Positions 10,901 through 24,600 of a stretch of DNA of 64,000 bases are shown one piece after another. How positions within the stretch are numbered: position 1 is the stretch's first letter; each line of letters opens with the position of its first letter. Both the position numbers and the translations under genes were made by a program. Under the pieces are notes generated by a model, which saw only the letters and a list, made by a program, of their open reading frames with translations, searched no databases and had not been told where the DNA came from. The DNA is taken from positions 992,001 through 1,056,000 of the forward strand of contig MU008167.1 in the NCBI GenBank assembly GCA_010909165.1, in the 5' to 3' direction. Origin of the DNA: Anthoceros angustus. Lineage: Eukaryota; Plantae; Anthocerotophyta.

Positions 10901-12278
10901 TTTAGCGACTCGTAGGTGGACCCAGGCAGTTGTGCCGCAAGCGCGAGTTGGGGCCAGAGAGCTTGAAGTGGTATAAGATTAGGAGGATGATGAGTTGTGT
11001 TGAGTGTTGAGAATGATGTGGAGCTGAATATTGAGTAGAGGAATAGAGAGTAGGACTTAGAAGAAGTTTCCGAGCGCTCTTGGGTCCAAGTCTTGCCCGG
11101 CAGGTATCCCCATGAACCAGGTCACGTTTCGGCGTGCACCGAGCCAAGTGGCGCACCAACTCCACACAAAGAGAAAAAACAAGTCACTAGATGTTTTCTT
11201 TTGAACTTCTTTGACGAGATCGGTACATCATGTTACCCTACCCTCATATTACTGAAACTAATACTTCACCACGGGCATACCGATGAAATTGTTGGAGCAA
11301 ATTCCTATTAGGCCCAATGGCACATAGAGAATCTCGTAGAATTCTCGTTTATAAAGTGGTAGCCGAAAAATACAGTCCGCATCCCGAGAAAGTCCAAGGT
11401 GGAGGGTGGAGGAGGACGTGATCCTGTCGACACCGCCCTCGTATGAATAAATATTAAAATAACACATGCACTACCTTTAAACAACTCTACAAGTCACATA
11501 TAAACAAGTCCACCGCTGCCACATGGTCATGGTTACCGTGAGGCCTTCAGCGGTAACTACGCTGTCACACATAATCCTCTTTCGACGCACGAGCTTTTCT
11601 CTTCTGCTGCATGCTGGAACCAAAAGGGAGAAGATGAGTGCCAGCCTCTGATGTCATAGCGCGCGGGGGCTCGGCTCGGCTCGGCTCTGGGGCTGACGTA
11701 GCGCGCTTGCTTCGGATCTGCAGGTGTGCGCAATTTGGTTCCAGTGATCACATGTGTGCAGTGCAACTAGTGTCTTCCTGTGGTGCGGTTCCGGCTGATT
11801 GAGCCGCACTGCACGCACCGCAGTCTGCGGGATGCTCAGTTTGTTAGGGCGGCGTGTTGCGAAATTTCGATTTTCGTGATTTTCAATGCTTGATTGGACC
11901 CCGGCGGTGCAGGATTGAAGACATCTAGCAGAGGGAAGGGGATCTGGTGTGGCAAGGCATTGCACACGGTTGATGTTGCAGGTGTTTGGTGTTTTGAGAT
12001 AGAATCGGTGGAGTGGAGCTTAATTTCGAAGCAGGATGGCATCTGCGTTTGGAGGAACCTTTTGCGCTTCAGGTGCTACTGAGGCGCCAATTGGAGACCT
12101 GTGGTGCTGGTCTACTAGTGGCCATTGAGGCCCGAGTTTGTAAGACTTCCTCGGGTCAGTGGAAGGTCGAGCTGACCGGTTGTTGAGGGCTTCACGGGGT
12201 GCCTCGCTTGCGGAGAATTAGGTGGCGTGTGTTTGGAGGATTCTGCTCTGGAATTGGTTTTCCGACCACAGAAAAAAA

Positions 12279-14515
12279 ATGCGTAAATCCGCACTATATC
12301 GAAGTGGGCAGGAGGAGATATGGCGACGCCAGATCGGAGACCTTCGACCTGAAGCATTCTCGCGTAAAATTGGAGGTTGCCTGGTACGGTTGAAGGAACA
12401 CTGAATTCCAGGCGGCGTTTTTCTCCGGCTTTTCAGCTGATTTGCTAAAACCTAAGGTTGGCCTTTGGTGATGCAGGACCTTATTCAGCGCCTCGAGCAG
12501 TTCGCTAACCTGGAGTATCATGAAGGATGTGTAAATACCGTGCACTTTAGTCCGAACGGCGACTTGCTAGTGTCAGGATCGGATGATAGGGACATTGTGT
12601 TTTGGGATTGGGCTGCAAGGTCGAAGAGGCTTCACTATGACTCAGGCCATGAAAGCAATGTCTTTCAGGCCAGAATCATGCCATTCTCGGATGATAGACA
12701 TGTCATCAGCTGTGGCGCAGATGGCCAGGTAGTGGTCAAGATTTGTGGTTTTTCTCATTAGGTGCTACAGTACTAGTACCATCTTGCTTACGAGGCAAGT
12801 GTGTTGACGTTCCCATTTGAAGGTTCGACACGCTGAAATTTTGGAGAACGGGAAGATAGCCACCAAGAAACTTGCAAAGCACAGGGAGCGTGCTCACAAG
12901 TTGGCTATAGAGCCTGGGAGTCCTCGTACCTTCTTCAGTTGTGGGGAGGATGGTGTCGTGCGACATGTAAGTTTGGCTGTTCATTTCCCTGCGTAAGTTT
13001 GAGGGGTTTGTAGTGGATCTCTTGTCAGCCACATGATCTTCGTTGATAAGGAACTAGAGTTGCGCAGTCTACTGGAACTTTTGTAGTGATATGTTGTACA
13101 CGTGCAAATATCTGACAGCACCTTGATGCACAGTCTCTAGCTCATGATGCACTGTAATTTCGGATTCTTGAGGTGGCGTGTTGGATGTGATTTCTGTTGC
13201 AACTGTTATATTTACATGACAAGACGGAAGGCTGTGGTTGGTAAAGAGGATGGAAGGTGCATGCAGTTATATAAAGTTGGCCTGCTTGGTTATGAGGAGT
13301 TTGTGTGTGTCCTGAATGTCTCAGCTTCCAGATGAGCAGTGGAATGTCTGATTGATTGGATTGCCGTATCTGACCTTGTTTCTGCTTGCCTTTGCTGAAG
13401 CTCTTTTTGATCTTGCTGTGGGTTTCCAGTATGATCTACGAGAGAGCAAAACTACAAAGCTGTTCACTTGTCAGCCTATTCATTCTTCAAAGCCCAGGAG
13501 GCATCATAGTTCTGTCCGCCTGAATGCAATAGTAATCAATCCACGAAACCCCAACTATTTTTCTGTCGGGGGATCAGATGAGTATGCTAGGGTATACGAC
13601 ATCCGCAGAGTGGATGTGGATGCATCTGGTTCCGAAGACAAACCAGTTGAGGTGTTTGCTCCAGCTCATTTAGTTGGAGCCGGTGCTGGAGCTGTTACCA
13701 TCACATGTGTGGCATACTCTTTGCAAGAGGAGCTCCTGGTCTCTTATAATGATGAGCAAATATACCTGTTTGACAAAGATATGGGCCTGGGACCAAATTC
13801 AAAGCCTTCATCAGAGGAGAAAAGTAGTGAGCCGGAGAAACCTGCTCCCCAAGTGTACAAGGGCCATCGGAACTGCAAAACAGTCAAAGGTGTCAACTTC
13901 TTTGGTCCGAATACAGAGTATGTTATGAGTGGTTCTGACTGTGGGCATATCTACATTTGGAAGAAGAGGGGAGGACAACTGGTGTGGATGATGCGAGGTG
14001 ACAATCGTGTGGTTAACTGCCTGGAACCTCATCCTTATGCTACCATTCTTGCCACGAGTGGGTTTGAGAAACATGTTAAAGTGTGGGCTCCTACTGCTGG
14101 AAAGATTCAGTCACTTCCCGCAGATGCAGAACGGGTGAGCTCTTGTTTCTTTGTGACTGAGTAGATACTGCTTTCTAGAGTCTGTGTGCTGGAAATCTGC
14201 TGCTGTACAACGAAGGCAGTGGTTGATTGCGTGATGGTACTATTTATTGCTTCATTCCCTCTGCAGGTGATGGAGGCAAACAGACGTCGGAGGGAGGACC
14301 GGGGTCACATCTCCCTGACACCAGATGTGATCATGCATGTCTTGCGCCTTCAGCGCCGGCAAGCACAAAGTGACATGGAACAACGGAGTTATTCTCGAAT
14401 GGAATCTGAGGCGGATGAGGATGAGGATGACTATCTGAGCAACTTCTACGAAGACGATGACTCTTCTGATGAAGGTAGTAGCCATGTGCGTCTGCGCGAG
14501 TGTATTATAAGTTGA
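12279..14515 (+). CDS. DCAF8: WD40-repeat protein, DDB1-CUL4-associated factor 8 (WDR42A)-like; exons ~12279-12383, 12477-12728, 12823-12966, 13430-14134, 14267-14515
   Basis: HEGCVNTVHFSPNGDLLVSGSDDRDIVFWDW, GHESNVFQARIMPF, HKLAIEPGSPRTFFSCGEDG, YKGHRNCKTVKGVNFFGP, VVNCLEPHP; GT-AG junctions keep the frame. Confidence 0.9.
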
Positions 14516-15469
14516 GGAACACTGTACGTCTGTAGATAGCTGTCGCACAGCTACTGCCGACTGTAGGCAGATTAGCAGTGTGTAAATATCAGGGCAATGG
14601 TCATGACAACGTGGTGGCGATGGTGTGGCTTGAAACAATCTAAGCCTCAGTTAGTACCGGATGTTGTTTGTTGCAGATGGTAGGGAAATGCTGTTGGATT
14701 GGGAAATCGGAATTGAGGGTCTAATTTGAAAGCGGAGCAAGTAAATGATGCTGCCTTTTATGTTGAGAGAGGCTCGCTTAGAGCCACTGTGAACAACCCA
14801 GAAGGCTGAGCCTGTAGCCTAGTTCGACAAGCCATGTAGATATGGCAAACCAAATCTGTTGGAAAGGCAGGAAGGTGCATGTTTGCCAGCCCCTTTCCGG
14901 TGCTGGGGTGAGGCAACATTGCAGAGGCCACAAGCTTTGACTGTTTCATATTCTGGTACCAGAGGCTTTGTCCATGTAGAGTACTGCTTCTCCTTTAATG
15001 CAGATAAAACATGCGAAGTTATACTCGCTATTACGTGCTGTTGTAGACCACTGTTGCTGAACGTCTTCTCAATTCTTGCACGTCGTTGGCAGAAGTCACG
15101 TTGTAGTTGTTTCCTTGCACAAGTACTGTTGCATGTATGCAAGAAATGAGCGAGGCTAAGCAGGTATCTTGGGGTCCGGTCCTGTCCGTCCTAGTCTCAG
15201 TCACCTAATGCGTAGGGCCTATTCGGGAACTTTCTCAGGAACATTAGTAGTGCACTGCTGCCAGCGGTATTTGCAAGGGGACTGAAAGTGATGCTTCAGG
15301 GAGCATGAAGAGTCAGAATAACAAAGCTGGTGCGTGCATTTGTCTAGAGCCTTGGAAATGCGGAATGGGCCCAGCTGCTGCCCGGACAGATCCTCAACCA
15401 GGGGAGGAGCTTGAAGCCAGAACGCAAATGGCTTCGGACGTACTCTTGAAACAAAAGATCGCTAAAACA

Positions 15470-15543
15470 TCTCCACGGTGACGCAGGGCTGGAACATCTC
15501 CACGGTGACGTAGGGCTAGAACATCTACACAGTGACGCAGGGT
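15470..15543. repeat. Short tandem repeat (~26 bp, AACATCTCCACGGTGACGCAGGGCTG), 3 copies
   Basis: Visible head-to-tail copies. Confidence 0.75.
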
Positions 15544-15745
15544 AGCAAGGTCAAGAAGGCGGTAGGTGGGACGTACGGGTATGTAAGGTACTGGCCTGCC
15601 CTGTTAATATTGGTTTTTAAATCCCGGTTGGATGTAGGCCAGCACTGGCAGTCCGGACACCAGCCCGGCCAGCCACAGCCACTGATTCCTCTTGGTCCGA
15701 GCGCGTGACACTGCTCATCACTCAAGCTCGCACTTGCCAAATACG

Positions 15746-15850
15746 TTTCTTTAATTGGACGACCTTTTCTTTGTTTCTTTAATTGGACGACCTTTTCTTT
15801 GTTTCTTTAATTGGACGACCTTTTCTTTGTTTCTTTAATTGGACGACCTT
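15746..15850. repeat. Tandem repeat, 28-bp unit TTTCTTTAATTGGACGACCTTTTCTTTG, about 3.8 copies
   Basis: Perfect head-to-tail copies. Confidence 0.9.
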
Positions 15851-15892
15851 TAGCAAGCTGGGGTTTAGCCCACAAGTTCCGTGAATGTAGAG

Positions 15893-15972
15893 CAGGTATT
15901 GAGGCTGAGGATGTTTAATATCACTCGGAAGTGAACGCCCAATTGAACGCTCCTACTCAGCCTCAATACCTG
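15893..15972. other. Short inverted repeat / hairpin (17-bp perfect arms)
   Basis: CAGGTATTGAGGCTGAG (15893-15909) is the reverse complement of CTCAGCCTCAATACCTG (15956-15972), with further imperfect pairing inside. Confidence 0.8.
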
Positions 15973-16169
15973 TTTAGGTAAGAGCTTTATATTCTACCTC
16001 TGATGAACTCAAGATAAGATTTGTTTGCTTCTTACATCATCAACTTACGGAAGCTCCAGCTAACATAAAATAATATGCGGAAATAATTTTCTGGTTTCGG
16101 TATAAGAGACCCAATCAGCATCTACAAAACCAATTACGGCGAACTCTTTGCGACTTGTGGAAGTACGGA

Positions 16170-16459
16170 AAATGCCATATGTGAAGGTGCCACTCAGATA
16201 CCTCATGTAGAAATAAGCATTTATTTATATACAACCCTAACTAATGATTGTATTAGGGTAGGGTTATACGAAGCGTTATTATGAAACGCTGTCTTAAGTT
16301 AGAGTTACATATTTTCTTTTAGGTCATACAACCGTCATAACTCTTTGCACCACCTTTTTGTACCACTCACACTTTTCTCAATTCACTCTTTCTTTTGTGC
16401 AATCCTTTGACGACTGCTCTGGGCCTGCTTGTGCCATAATTGTTTATGGTATCAGAGCC
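16170..16459 (+). mobile_element. Probable orphan LTR end followed by tRNA-Met PBS
   Basis: TGGTATCAGAGCC at 16447-16459 preceded by ...TGTTTA; upstream TATA-like and CT-rich sequence. Left boundary is a guess. Confidence 0.4.
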
Positions 16460-17193
16460 ATACAAATGCTTGCACGCATGTAGCGAGACCTATAATTGGG
16501 CGCAATATATAGTAACCATCATCCTGATGGCCACTGCATTCTGTGCCCAATACAGGCCACACCACCTGCAAACAAGCATTCAGATTAACAATTTAATGAA
16601 TTTTCATAGGAATCTAGCTTCTCTAACCCAGCAGGCCTACTCTACATGAAGAGGTGTAAAACAATGTAGACATTAAGTTCACGCTATAAGATGCAAGCGG
16701 TAATAATGGCCCCCCCTGTGATTCGAATCCATCTGCTAGTTTAGCTGCTGATAAACCCTAATTCCATGCAGTTTAGCAGTGGAGAGTGGAACGGGGTGGG
16801 GTGAAGTGTATGAATATGCTCGGCATCAGGGCAAACTGTGAACACACGTGTCTTCATTCAAACATTCACAGATTGAGGCCAGTGTGTGATCAGGTGCGTT
16901 GTGCGCGGTGCTGCCTGCTCCCAGTACAAGCTTCCACAGTGGAGAGCACAACTAGTCACCATCGGATTCCAGCTTCAACGCCAACAAATTACGTGAGGGT
17001 AGCGCTATCTGATCCGATCTTCTTTTCGGCTATTGGCGGCTCAATTTCCAGGTTCGTTGCGCCTTGTTCAATCAACTTTCTCAATTTCACTGTAGCAATG
17101 ACAGACCGGTTTTGAAGGTGCTGTTGCACGAATTGCGTTGGCTGAATTATGCCGCATGAAGTAACCACAGGAGTTGCTTTTGTGGAATTGTAG

Positions 17194-17805
17194 GTGATGG
17201 CTATGGGAAGAAGGAGTAAGAAGGATCAGGGTGACCCGATCCCGGATCCCCCCGAGCCTACACAGAAGGCGAAAAAGACAAGGGCGAACGGAAAAGGAAA
17301 TTTAAAAGCACCCATGGAGAAGAACCTTGTTGAAGGTTTGCAGGGAAGACCTATTTCTGCCTCTGTTGCATGGGCACATGCTAGCCTGCCGGCTACGGCT
17401 GGAACGCTTCCTGTTATGGGAGGACAATCGAAGTCCGAGAGCCTAACATCGGCGAAAGCAAGCATAACAAAATCAGGAGCACATAGAGAGAAGGAGGATA
17501 AGGATGGAAAGAGGGTGGTTCCCATTCCATCATCATACAGTTTCGAGGAGACAGTTTACATCATATGTCTTGGGGCATAGATGGATTCAATCAAGCTATT
17601 GGACAAGGATTGGATGGTTGTTCAAGATCCGGAACCAAAAGACGAGGGTGTTTTTTGGACACCTTTGTATAAGTTGTGGATCATAGGATACAAGGACGCT
17701 CTACCAAATCAAAGAGCCAGGGCTGGATTGCTAGTATGGGCAACGTTAAACATGTCAAATAGGGATAAGGAGGCTTCGTATCATTTATATGGGATGAGAC
17801 TAACA
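17194..17805 (+). pseudogene. N-terminal half of a beta-class DNA N4C/N6A methyltransferase-like gene (split by CACTA)
   Basis: Lys-rich N-terminus, then YIICLGA*MDSIKLLDKD (resembles IICGDCLEVLKKLPD). After a frameshift, GGFVSFIWDETN continues in frame across the CACTA empty site into 29347. Confidence 0.65.
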
Positions 17806-18439
17806 CACTACTACAAAACGGGACGGTTTATGACAAGCAGGAAATGACAGGCGCCTATTCTGCATCACTTCGTCATTAAAGAATGTCGGGGTCGGTGGCA
17901 AATGACATTGTGCATGCGGCTGTCACAGGGTGTTTATGACAGATGTATTCCTCGTGTTTCCTCTGTCATTGGGCCCCATACTAATCTTTGGATTCCATCC
18001 CGGTCAATATCGGTTACGGTGGGGGTTGTTGATTGTGTGTCTGTTGTCTGGAGTTGGCCTTCCCGTTCGCGGTCTGTCGACTCAGCGGGGTTAGTGTGCG
18101 ACCATTGTCGAATAAGCAGTAACCATGTTTCGATCCTGCGGGCGTGCCTTTGGTGGGAGAGGATGGCTGACACCATTCCCAGCGTCCGTTGTTGCCTCCA
18201 ACGGCGGAGGACCCAACGTCTCCCGGTAGGCGTACCTTAGTTGTGAGCGGGACTCTCACCACCTTCTCTGTGAACTCCTCTTTTACTCGCAAAGGCCTTT
18301 GCACCCAACTCCGCCATAGCGGGCATCGGGTGAGGTGCTATGGATCCTCCTTACACCACCGTCAAATACCTCGGGTCATACTGCATTGCCACAGTTGCGA
18401 AGGAACCACACACCCCATCCAGCCGCTGGCCGTCACATC

Positions 18440-21300
18440 CGTTCATGGGCGCGCCTGCTCGCCGAGGTGAGGCGGTATGTCCCGGTGGCCAATCGCCGCT
18501 CTTGGCGTAAACCGTCGAGGCGGGGCAATATTGTTTGCTTGTCTCAGCGCCGTCGAAATCGAGTAGATCGAGGTGTCGGGGCCTATGTGCATCCACGGTA
18601 GGCGGGCGGGGTTGGGGCTCGTGTCGGGCCACGCCTCAGCCCCTCCGGTTGGGGCTTGTCGTCTGCGGCCGAGTTTGTTGATGAAGTACCATTGCCGACA
18701 TGGCGGTAGTCTGATTCGGCGGAGCGCTTGCGAGTTGATGCAAGACTTCATAGCGGTGCTCGGGAGGGACAATCCAATTTGGAGGAGGAGGCTGCCAAAC
18801 CCTTATGGTCGGTCTCGGGCGGAGGAATCCATGCATAGTCGTGTCCTGGCATTCCTTAACATCCAAGACCGTATAAGATATAGATACTGCCATGTCGCAA
18901 TCTTGACCTCCTTTCTTCGTCGGTGTTGCCGAAGACCAACAGTATGCCGAAGGCAAGGTCGGATGTCCGTAAGATGATGCTACGTCGGGCGATTAGCGTC
19001 TGAATTGATGCGTGTTGGGGCTGTTCCTTGTTTTGGGGCACGAGGGCATTAGAGACCTCTTGCCACGTTTGCGGCGAGCCCAGATATCGCGAGGGTGCCA
19101 CTGGGCAACCTATTTCGCGGAAGACAATGTTTTATTTCCCGCTGGCGGATCGCCTCCGCCGAATGTATGCGTGCTCTTCAACAGCACGTGAACTGATATG
19201 GTGGAAGGACCATAGGAGCACCGATGGTCAAGTGCGGATAATGGCCGACACACCCGCCTGGCAGGCCTTGGATAGTGTAAGTGCCTTCGGTCTGGAAGAC
19301 CGAAATCTTCGCCTCGGTATCTCTGACGGCTTCAATCCAAGCGGCCATCGTTCTTCCTCGTACTCCATCTGGCCTGTTCTCATTTTCATCCACAATTTTC
19401 CTCCTTGGCTCACGACAAAGAAGCAGCGGATTCTTATGCCTTTAATCATCCCGGGGCCGAAACAGGTCAAGAATATGGATGTGTATCTCCAACCTTTGTT
19501 GGAGGCTGGCGACAATAGGTGGGTGTCCCATGTGATCATTCCAAAGGCGTGTCGGCCGGGTCGCTTTTTCATCACGAGGGCTGGGTGCTTCACGCGACAT
19601 GTGACTACCACGGACTCGGGCGCGCTTGCAAGTGAGAGGCTATCGTTGTTGTGTGGTGCGGGGGCTTCGAAGCTAGATGGTCCCGGCTTTGGAGAAAGTC
19701 ATTTGCGATGGGCACCGAGATGGTGCCCCGTCACCATCGAAGCGCATGATGACCACCGTGAGTTTTTCGACAATGCAAGTGATATGCGGCGCCCCTTCCG
19801 AACCGTGCGGGACATCATTGTGAGATGGATGCTTGGGAAAATGCGACCGGGTGGCGGGCGGCTGCATGTCATGGGGTGTCAGCGCGCTGCTTCGTTAAAA
19901 TGCTGCCCTACTTGCCTATTCCAGTTGTGGTGAAAGACGTGATGCACGGAAGTTAACAAGCTGCCGAGCTTTTGGAACATATGGAGTGGCAAATGGGACA
20001 CCCACAATGCTAGGGTTGACCTTATGAATGTGGCCTCCAAGCCGTGGCTGTGGCCTGTTCTGGATGACGCGGGTGAGGCCCACCTCCCCCCTGCGTCATA
20101 CACATTGAGCAAAGATGACTTACAGCCGTGAAAGCGGAGCTATGCAGGATCAAACCACCAACGGCATTTGGGTCCAACCTTGCAACCAGCTTTGGTGGGG
20201 CAACAGTCACAGGGCTGAAGAGTCACGACTGGCACTTGCTCCTCCAATTTTATTTTCCTATTGCACTACGCCACCGTTTGAGAGGCCCAGAGTACAAAGC
20301 CTTCATACAGCTGAGCTCCATCTACCGATGGATTTGTCAGAAGGCAATCAAGCCCACAGAAATCCCTGCGATGCGGGCTCAGGTTGTGGATACAATGGTG
20401 GCCTTGGAGCGGTATTACCCTTCCGTGTTTTGGAATCCGATGCAGCACCTCTTTATCCACCGCTAGATGAAGTTGCCACGCACGGCACGGTGCATGTTCG
20501 ATGGATGTACCCTATCGAGCGGCATATGAATGTCTTGAAGCAATCAATCCGCCAGAAAGCCCGGCCCGAAGGAAGTATGGCCACTGGGTACTTGGCAATG
20601 GAGAGCATGTTTTATGCAGCGGACTACCTGGCGGCAAGGAATCCGGCTCAGACTCATTTGTTCCAGCGTACATCTATAGACCGGGATGCAGAGCGTCCCA
20701 TCAGGAAAGCGCAACCCAGAACCCTAACAGCCATGGAGCAAAAGCGTATGCACTGGCATTTCCTGCTCCATTCGGAAACTTTGGATGGGATTCGAATGGA
20801 GTTTGATGTTGAGGGACAGCACCGGGCCACTTTCCTCGAGTGGGAAGCCGTGTGAATCGGCGTTGGCAATCCACAGAGCAGTACAACGATATTCGGGCCA
20901 TGGTGAGCAGGCCGTAAGCGGGTCAGCGATTCTGAGGGGTTGGAGACAATGGGGTACCATTACACTGTAGCCGGTGACACCGTCGCTCCACAGGGGCATT
21001 GGGTTTTGGGACCTTTGACATGGAAGACCAACCTGTTCAGTTTTTCGGCCAGGTTGAACAGATTCTGGATGTGACTTTCGAGGGGGCAGACTTTTGTGCC
21101 TTTGTCCTCCAAATCAAGTGGTTTTTGTGTGACGTATCTTCAAACCCAAAGTCTATGGAAGAAGACATGAGCGGTTTCATGGCTGTGGACACAAGGAAGG
21201 TGTACCGATATCGAAGTGACCACAAAACCGGGCCATTCACGTTTGCCCGACACGTCCACCAGGCGTTAGCACACCGGATGTGGGAGAAGGCCGGGGAGGG
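18440..21300 (+). pseudogene. CACTA TnpD-like transposase (Transposase_21, DUF4218- and DUF4216-like regions), frameshifted
   Basis: CHVCGEPRY, YFPLADRLRRMY, NLRLGISDGFNP, SIWPV, IIPGPKQVKNMDVYLQPL, GLKSHDWH, RWMYPIERHMNVLK, RPEGSMATGY, FFGQVEQIL. Confidence 0.9.
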
Positions 21301-21468
21301 TAGTTCATTTGCACACCGGTGCCTTCTCGGTGGGATTTGCTATTGGAAAAAGACATGTAAACCCACGATCACTGGGATGTACAGAGCTTCATTGAAATGT
21401 AAAACCACCAAGTGCCTCCATGTCACGGGCACACGTGCGGTCGTGCCATCTGATGGCCCTGAACAAAG

Positions 21469-24400
21469 CTAACCAAAGAGAAAATCCGACTTCGAAAGGC
21501 CGCGACGGACTTGCACCTCCAACGGACTATTGAGGTCTGTCGGCGTAAACACAAAGGCAAAGGTTGCCCCAACAACCAAAGCATGCCCTTTCCTACTGCC
21601 GATGCAGTGACAACACTTCACAATCAAATCACATGCTTCCATGACATGGAAGATCCCTTCGTCATTCAGACGGAAATCGGCATATGCAATGAAATGGTGG
21701 CAATGGTCGATACGAAGGGATCTTGTGTTGAAAGCCCACACACCACCGTCATCAACCTCCTTCTTCGAATGGCGAGCTTCCCACCAACCTTGGATCTGCA
21801 GACACCAATCCTACCACACCCTTTTGCATCACAACGTCATGCGCTCCTCATCCCATCTTGGCCCGACAGTGCGCTCAAGCATTTGCCATCCGTGGTCGCT
21901 CCACTTCACCCACCGCAACTCGCTCAGGATGTCTTCCTTCAAACTGTTTTCGGCGGTTAAACGTCTTGCCGGCTTCGGCTCGTCCAAGAAGCAAGGTGCG
22001 AGCTCTATAACTCGGATGTCATATCGGTTTGCGGCAAGGCGGCAATGAAACAGAACACAGGTTGATGGAGTGCACACCTCCACGAAGGTGGCAATCGTTT
22101 TGAGGTATTCCCGCTTCTTCATCTCATCCAGGATGTCGACGACAAAGTCAGCAATCTCCGTCGCGCGTTCCATGATGCCCTTGCCCAACCTGGGATCACA
22201 TCCCACATACCAAGGCTTGGGGATCTTCCACTTGTCCTTCGTACGCACATTCCAGGGGCCAGCATCATTGGTTGATAACGGGATCAACCAATTCTTCTTC
22301 TCCGAGGTGAATAGGCCAGACGGCCCTACAAGCTGGAATGCCCACCGTTCGCGCCCAGAGGGGCCGAATTGCAGTGGTGGGACGTCCCCCAGTCGGTACG
22401 CATGTGCAACCGCGTAGTCCCAGCCAGAAAGAGCAATTGCATGATCCCACTGCCAAATTGGCCCGGTGCGCTCAAGCATTTGCCATCCGTGGTCGCTCCA
22501 CTTCACCCACCGCAACTCGCTCGGATGTCTTCCTTCAAAGCTGTTTTCGGTTAAGCGTCTTGCCGGCCGGCTCGTCCAAGAAGCAAGGTGCAGCTCTATA
22601 ACTCGGATGTCATATCGGTTTGCGCAAGGCGGCAATGAAAGCGAACACAGGTTGATGGAGTGCACACTTCCACGAAGGTGGCAATCGTTTGAGGTATTCC
22701 GCTTCTTCATCTCATCCAGATGTCGACGACAAAGTCGCAATCTCGTGCGCGTTCCATGATGCCCTTGCCCCAACACGGGATCACATCCCACATACCAAGG
22801 CTTGGGATCTTCCACTTGTCCTTCGTACGCACATTCGGGGCCAGCATCATTGGTTGATAACGGGATCAACCAATTCTTCTTCTCGAGGTGAATAGGCGAC
22901 GGCCCTGGCTGGAATGCCCCGTTCGCCCGGAGGGGCAGTGCGATGGTGGGACGTCCCCGGTCGATGCGCATGTGCAACGTAGTCCCGGAGAGCAATTGCA
23001 TGATCCACCGCCAAATTGGCTGGGCGGGCGTTGATCATTTGCGCCGGGCGCGGTCATATCCCACAATGCGGGTCCTTCAAGCTTCGTGCCGCGACTCCCC
23101 AAACCACCGTCGCTAGATGGGCTCTCGAAGGCGTTCCAAGTGTTGCATCGGTGAGTCACAAGGCTCACTCTCGGAATGGCGGTAGCCCAGTCATGCAATC
23201 GCGTGCCCATCTTGGCTTTCCATCTCGAACACCGCGCAAGGGTGGCAGCAAGTGAATGTCGGGCGGCGGCTTTGGTGATATGCAGCGCGAGGCGATGGCT
23301 TGGAGTGAAGGTCGAACCTCCACGGTGTCCGTTCCGCTGTTCCTATAGGCGTGAGCGGACTAGGTGGTACGAGCAACACACGGCACATAGCGCACGGCTA
23401 GCAAAATAGTCACCTACGGGAAAAGCCCGAAATTGGCTATTTCCCTCCCCTCATCTGGACTAAGCCAAGCCGATGAACCCTACCCGGTCACGCATACATG
23501 GATATACGGCCTAGTCAAACTTCCACTGCAGTCCACCGTGCCACCTCAACTCCAAAGCGAGGACATGGTGTGTATTGCGTGAATGCAGATGCCAGGAATG
23601 CATGCACTGTCATATCGGACATGGCAGCTGGCACGTGTGAGACTCACGCCTGATCAGGCATCGCGCACGCTGCGTTAATGACATCTTGGATGACATCCGG
23701 CGGGATTCGGATAGTGATGGGTCGTCCGTGTGTGAAGCGCCCGCTTTATATCTCGGAGGTGTAGACTCATGGCGTTGCCCATTGGGGTGGTCGGGGATGG
23801 ATTCGCAAGCATCAATCCCTAGATTCGCCTTGGAGTGGCACGATGAGCAAGAGAGGACTCCTCAGCGCCCGACCTCGCATTCCGCTACCACCACCGAGCT
23901 GTTTGGGAATGAGCAGATAAGTCCATGTCTTTTGGATCTTCGCAATTGGCCATACATAAGGTAGGAGGTGAGGCAGGAAGGCGATGGCCTTGATGGTGCA
24001 CACCCAGAGCGATTCCATGTTCGTTTCGCCGTTTTGGGTGCGATTGTATGTTTTGAACATGTACACACATGAGGTTCTCCACATTGCTCCGTTGCCGTGT
24101 GTGAAGCGCCCGCTTTATATCTCGGAGGTGTAGACTCATGACGTTGCCCATTGGGGTGGTCGGGGATGGATTAAGCATCAATCCCTAGATTCGCCTTGGA
24201 GTGGCACGATGAGCAAGAGAGGACTCCTCCAGCGCCGACCTCGCATTCCGCTACCACCACTGAGCCTGTTTCGGGACGAAGCGAATGGGAGTCCATGTCT
24301 TTTGGATCTTCGCAATTGGCCATACATAAGGTAGGAGGTGAGGAACCGGGCGATGGCCTTGATGGTGCACACCCAGAGAACGATTCCATGTTCTGGTTTC

Positions 24401-24600
24401 GCCGTTTTGGGTGCGGATTGTATGTTTTTGAACATGTACACACATGAGGTTCTCCTCAGTATCCGTTGCGAGTGTGAACCCATGGGCGAAACCCCTAGCA
24501 CAGGCAGCAAGATCAAGGTGAGCAAAGGCTGTCCAAGACTACTCGGTTCATTGTCATCACGCTCATAAGTCTCAACGGTACATGCGGCTAGCCATTTCGC
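21469..24600 (-). pseudogene. Unidentified passenger coding region inside the CACTA, antisense to the transposase, partly duplicated
   Basis: One frame from ~22465 to 21469 (~330 codons) with two in-frame stops (21829 TGA, 21811 TAG). More coding-like, duplicated pieces at 22467-23010 and 23750-24530. No domain recognised. Confidence 0.5.

Noticed and set aside
11093-11467. Possible PIF1/Helitron helicase fragment
   Set aside because: No convincing helicase motif in any frame.
21469-21741. Passenger ORF as a TET/JBP or other 2OG-Fe(II) dioxygenase, or a Ulp1 protease
   Set aside because: No HxD...H...R signature and no His-Asp-Cys/QxxxxDCG signature visible; left as unknown.
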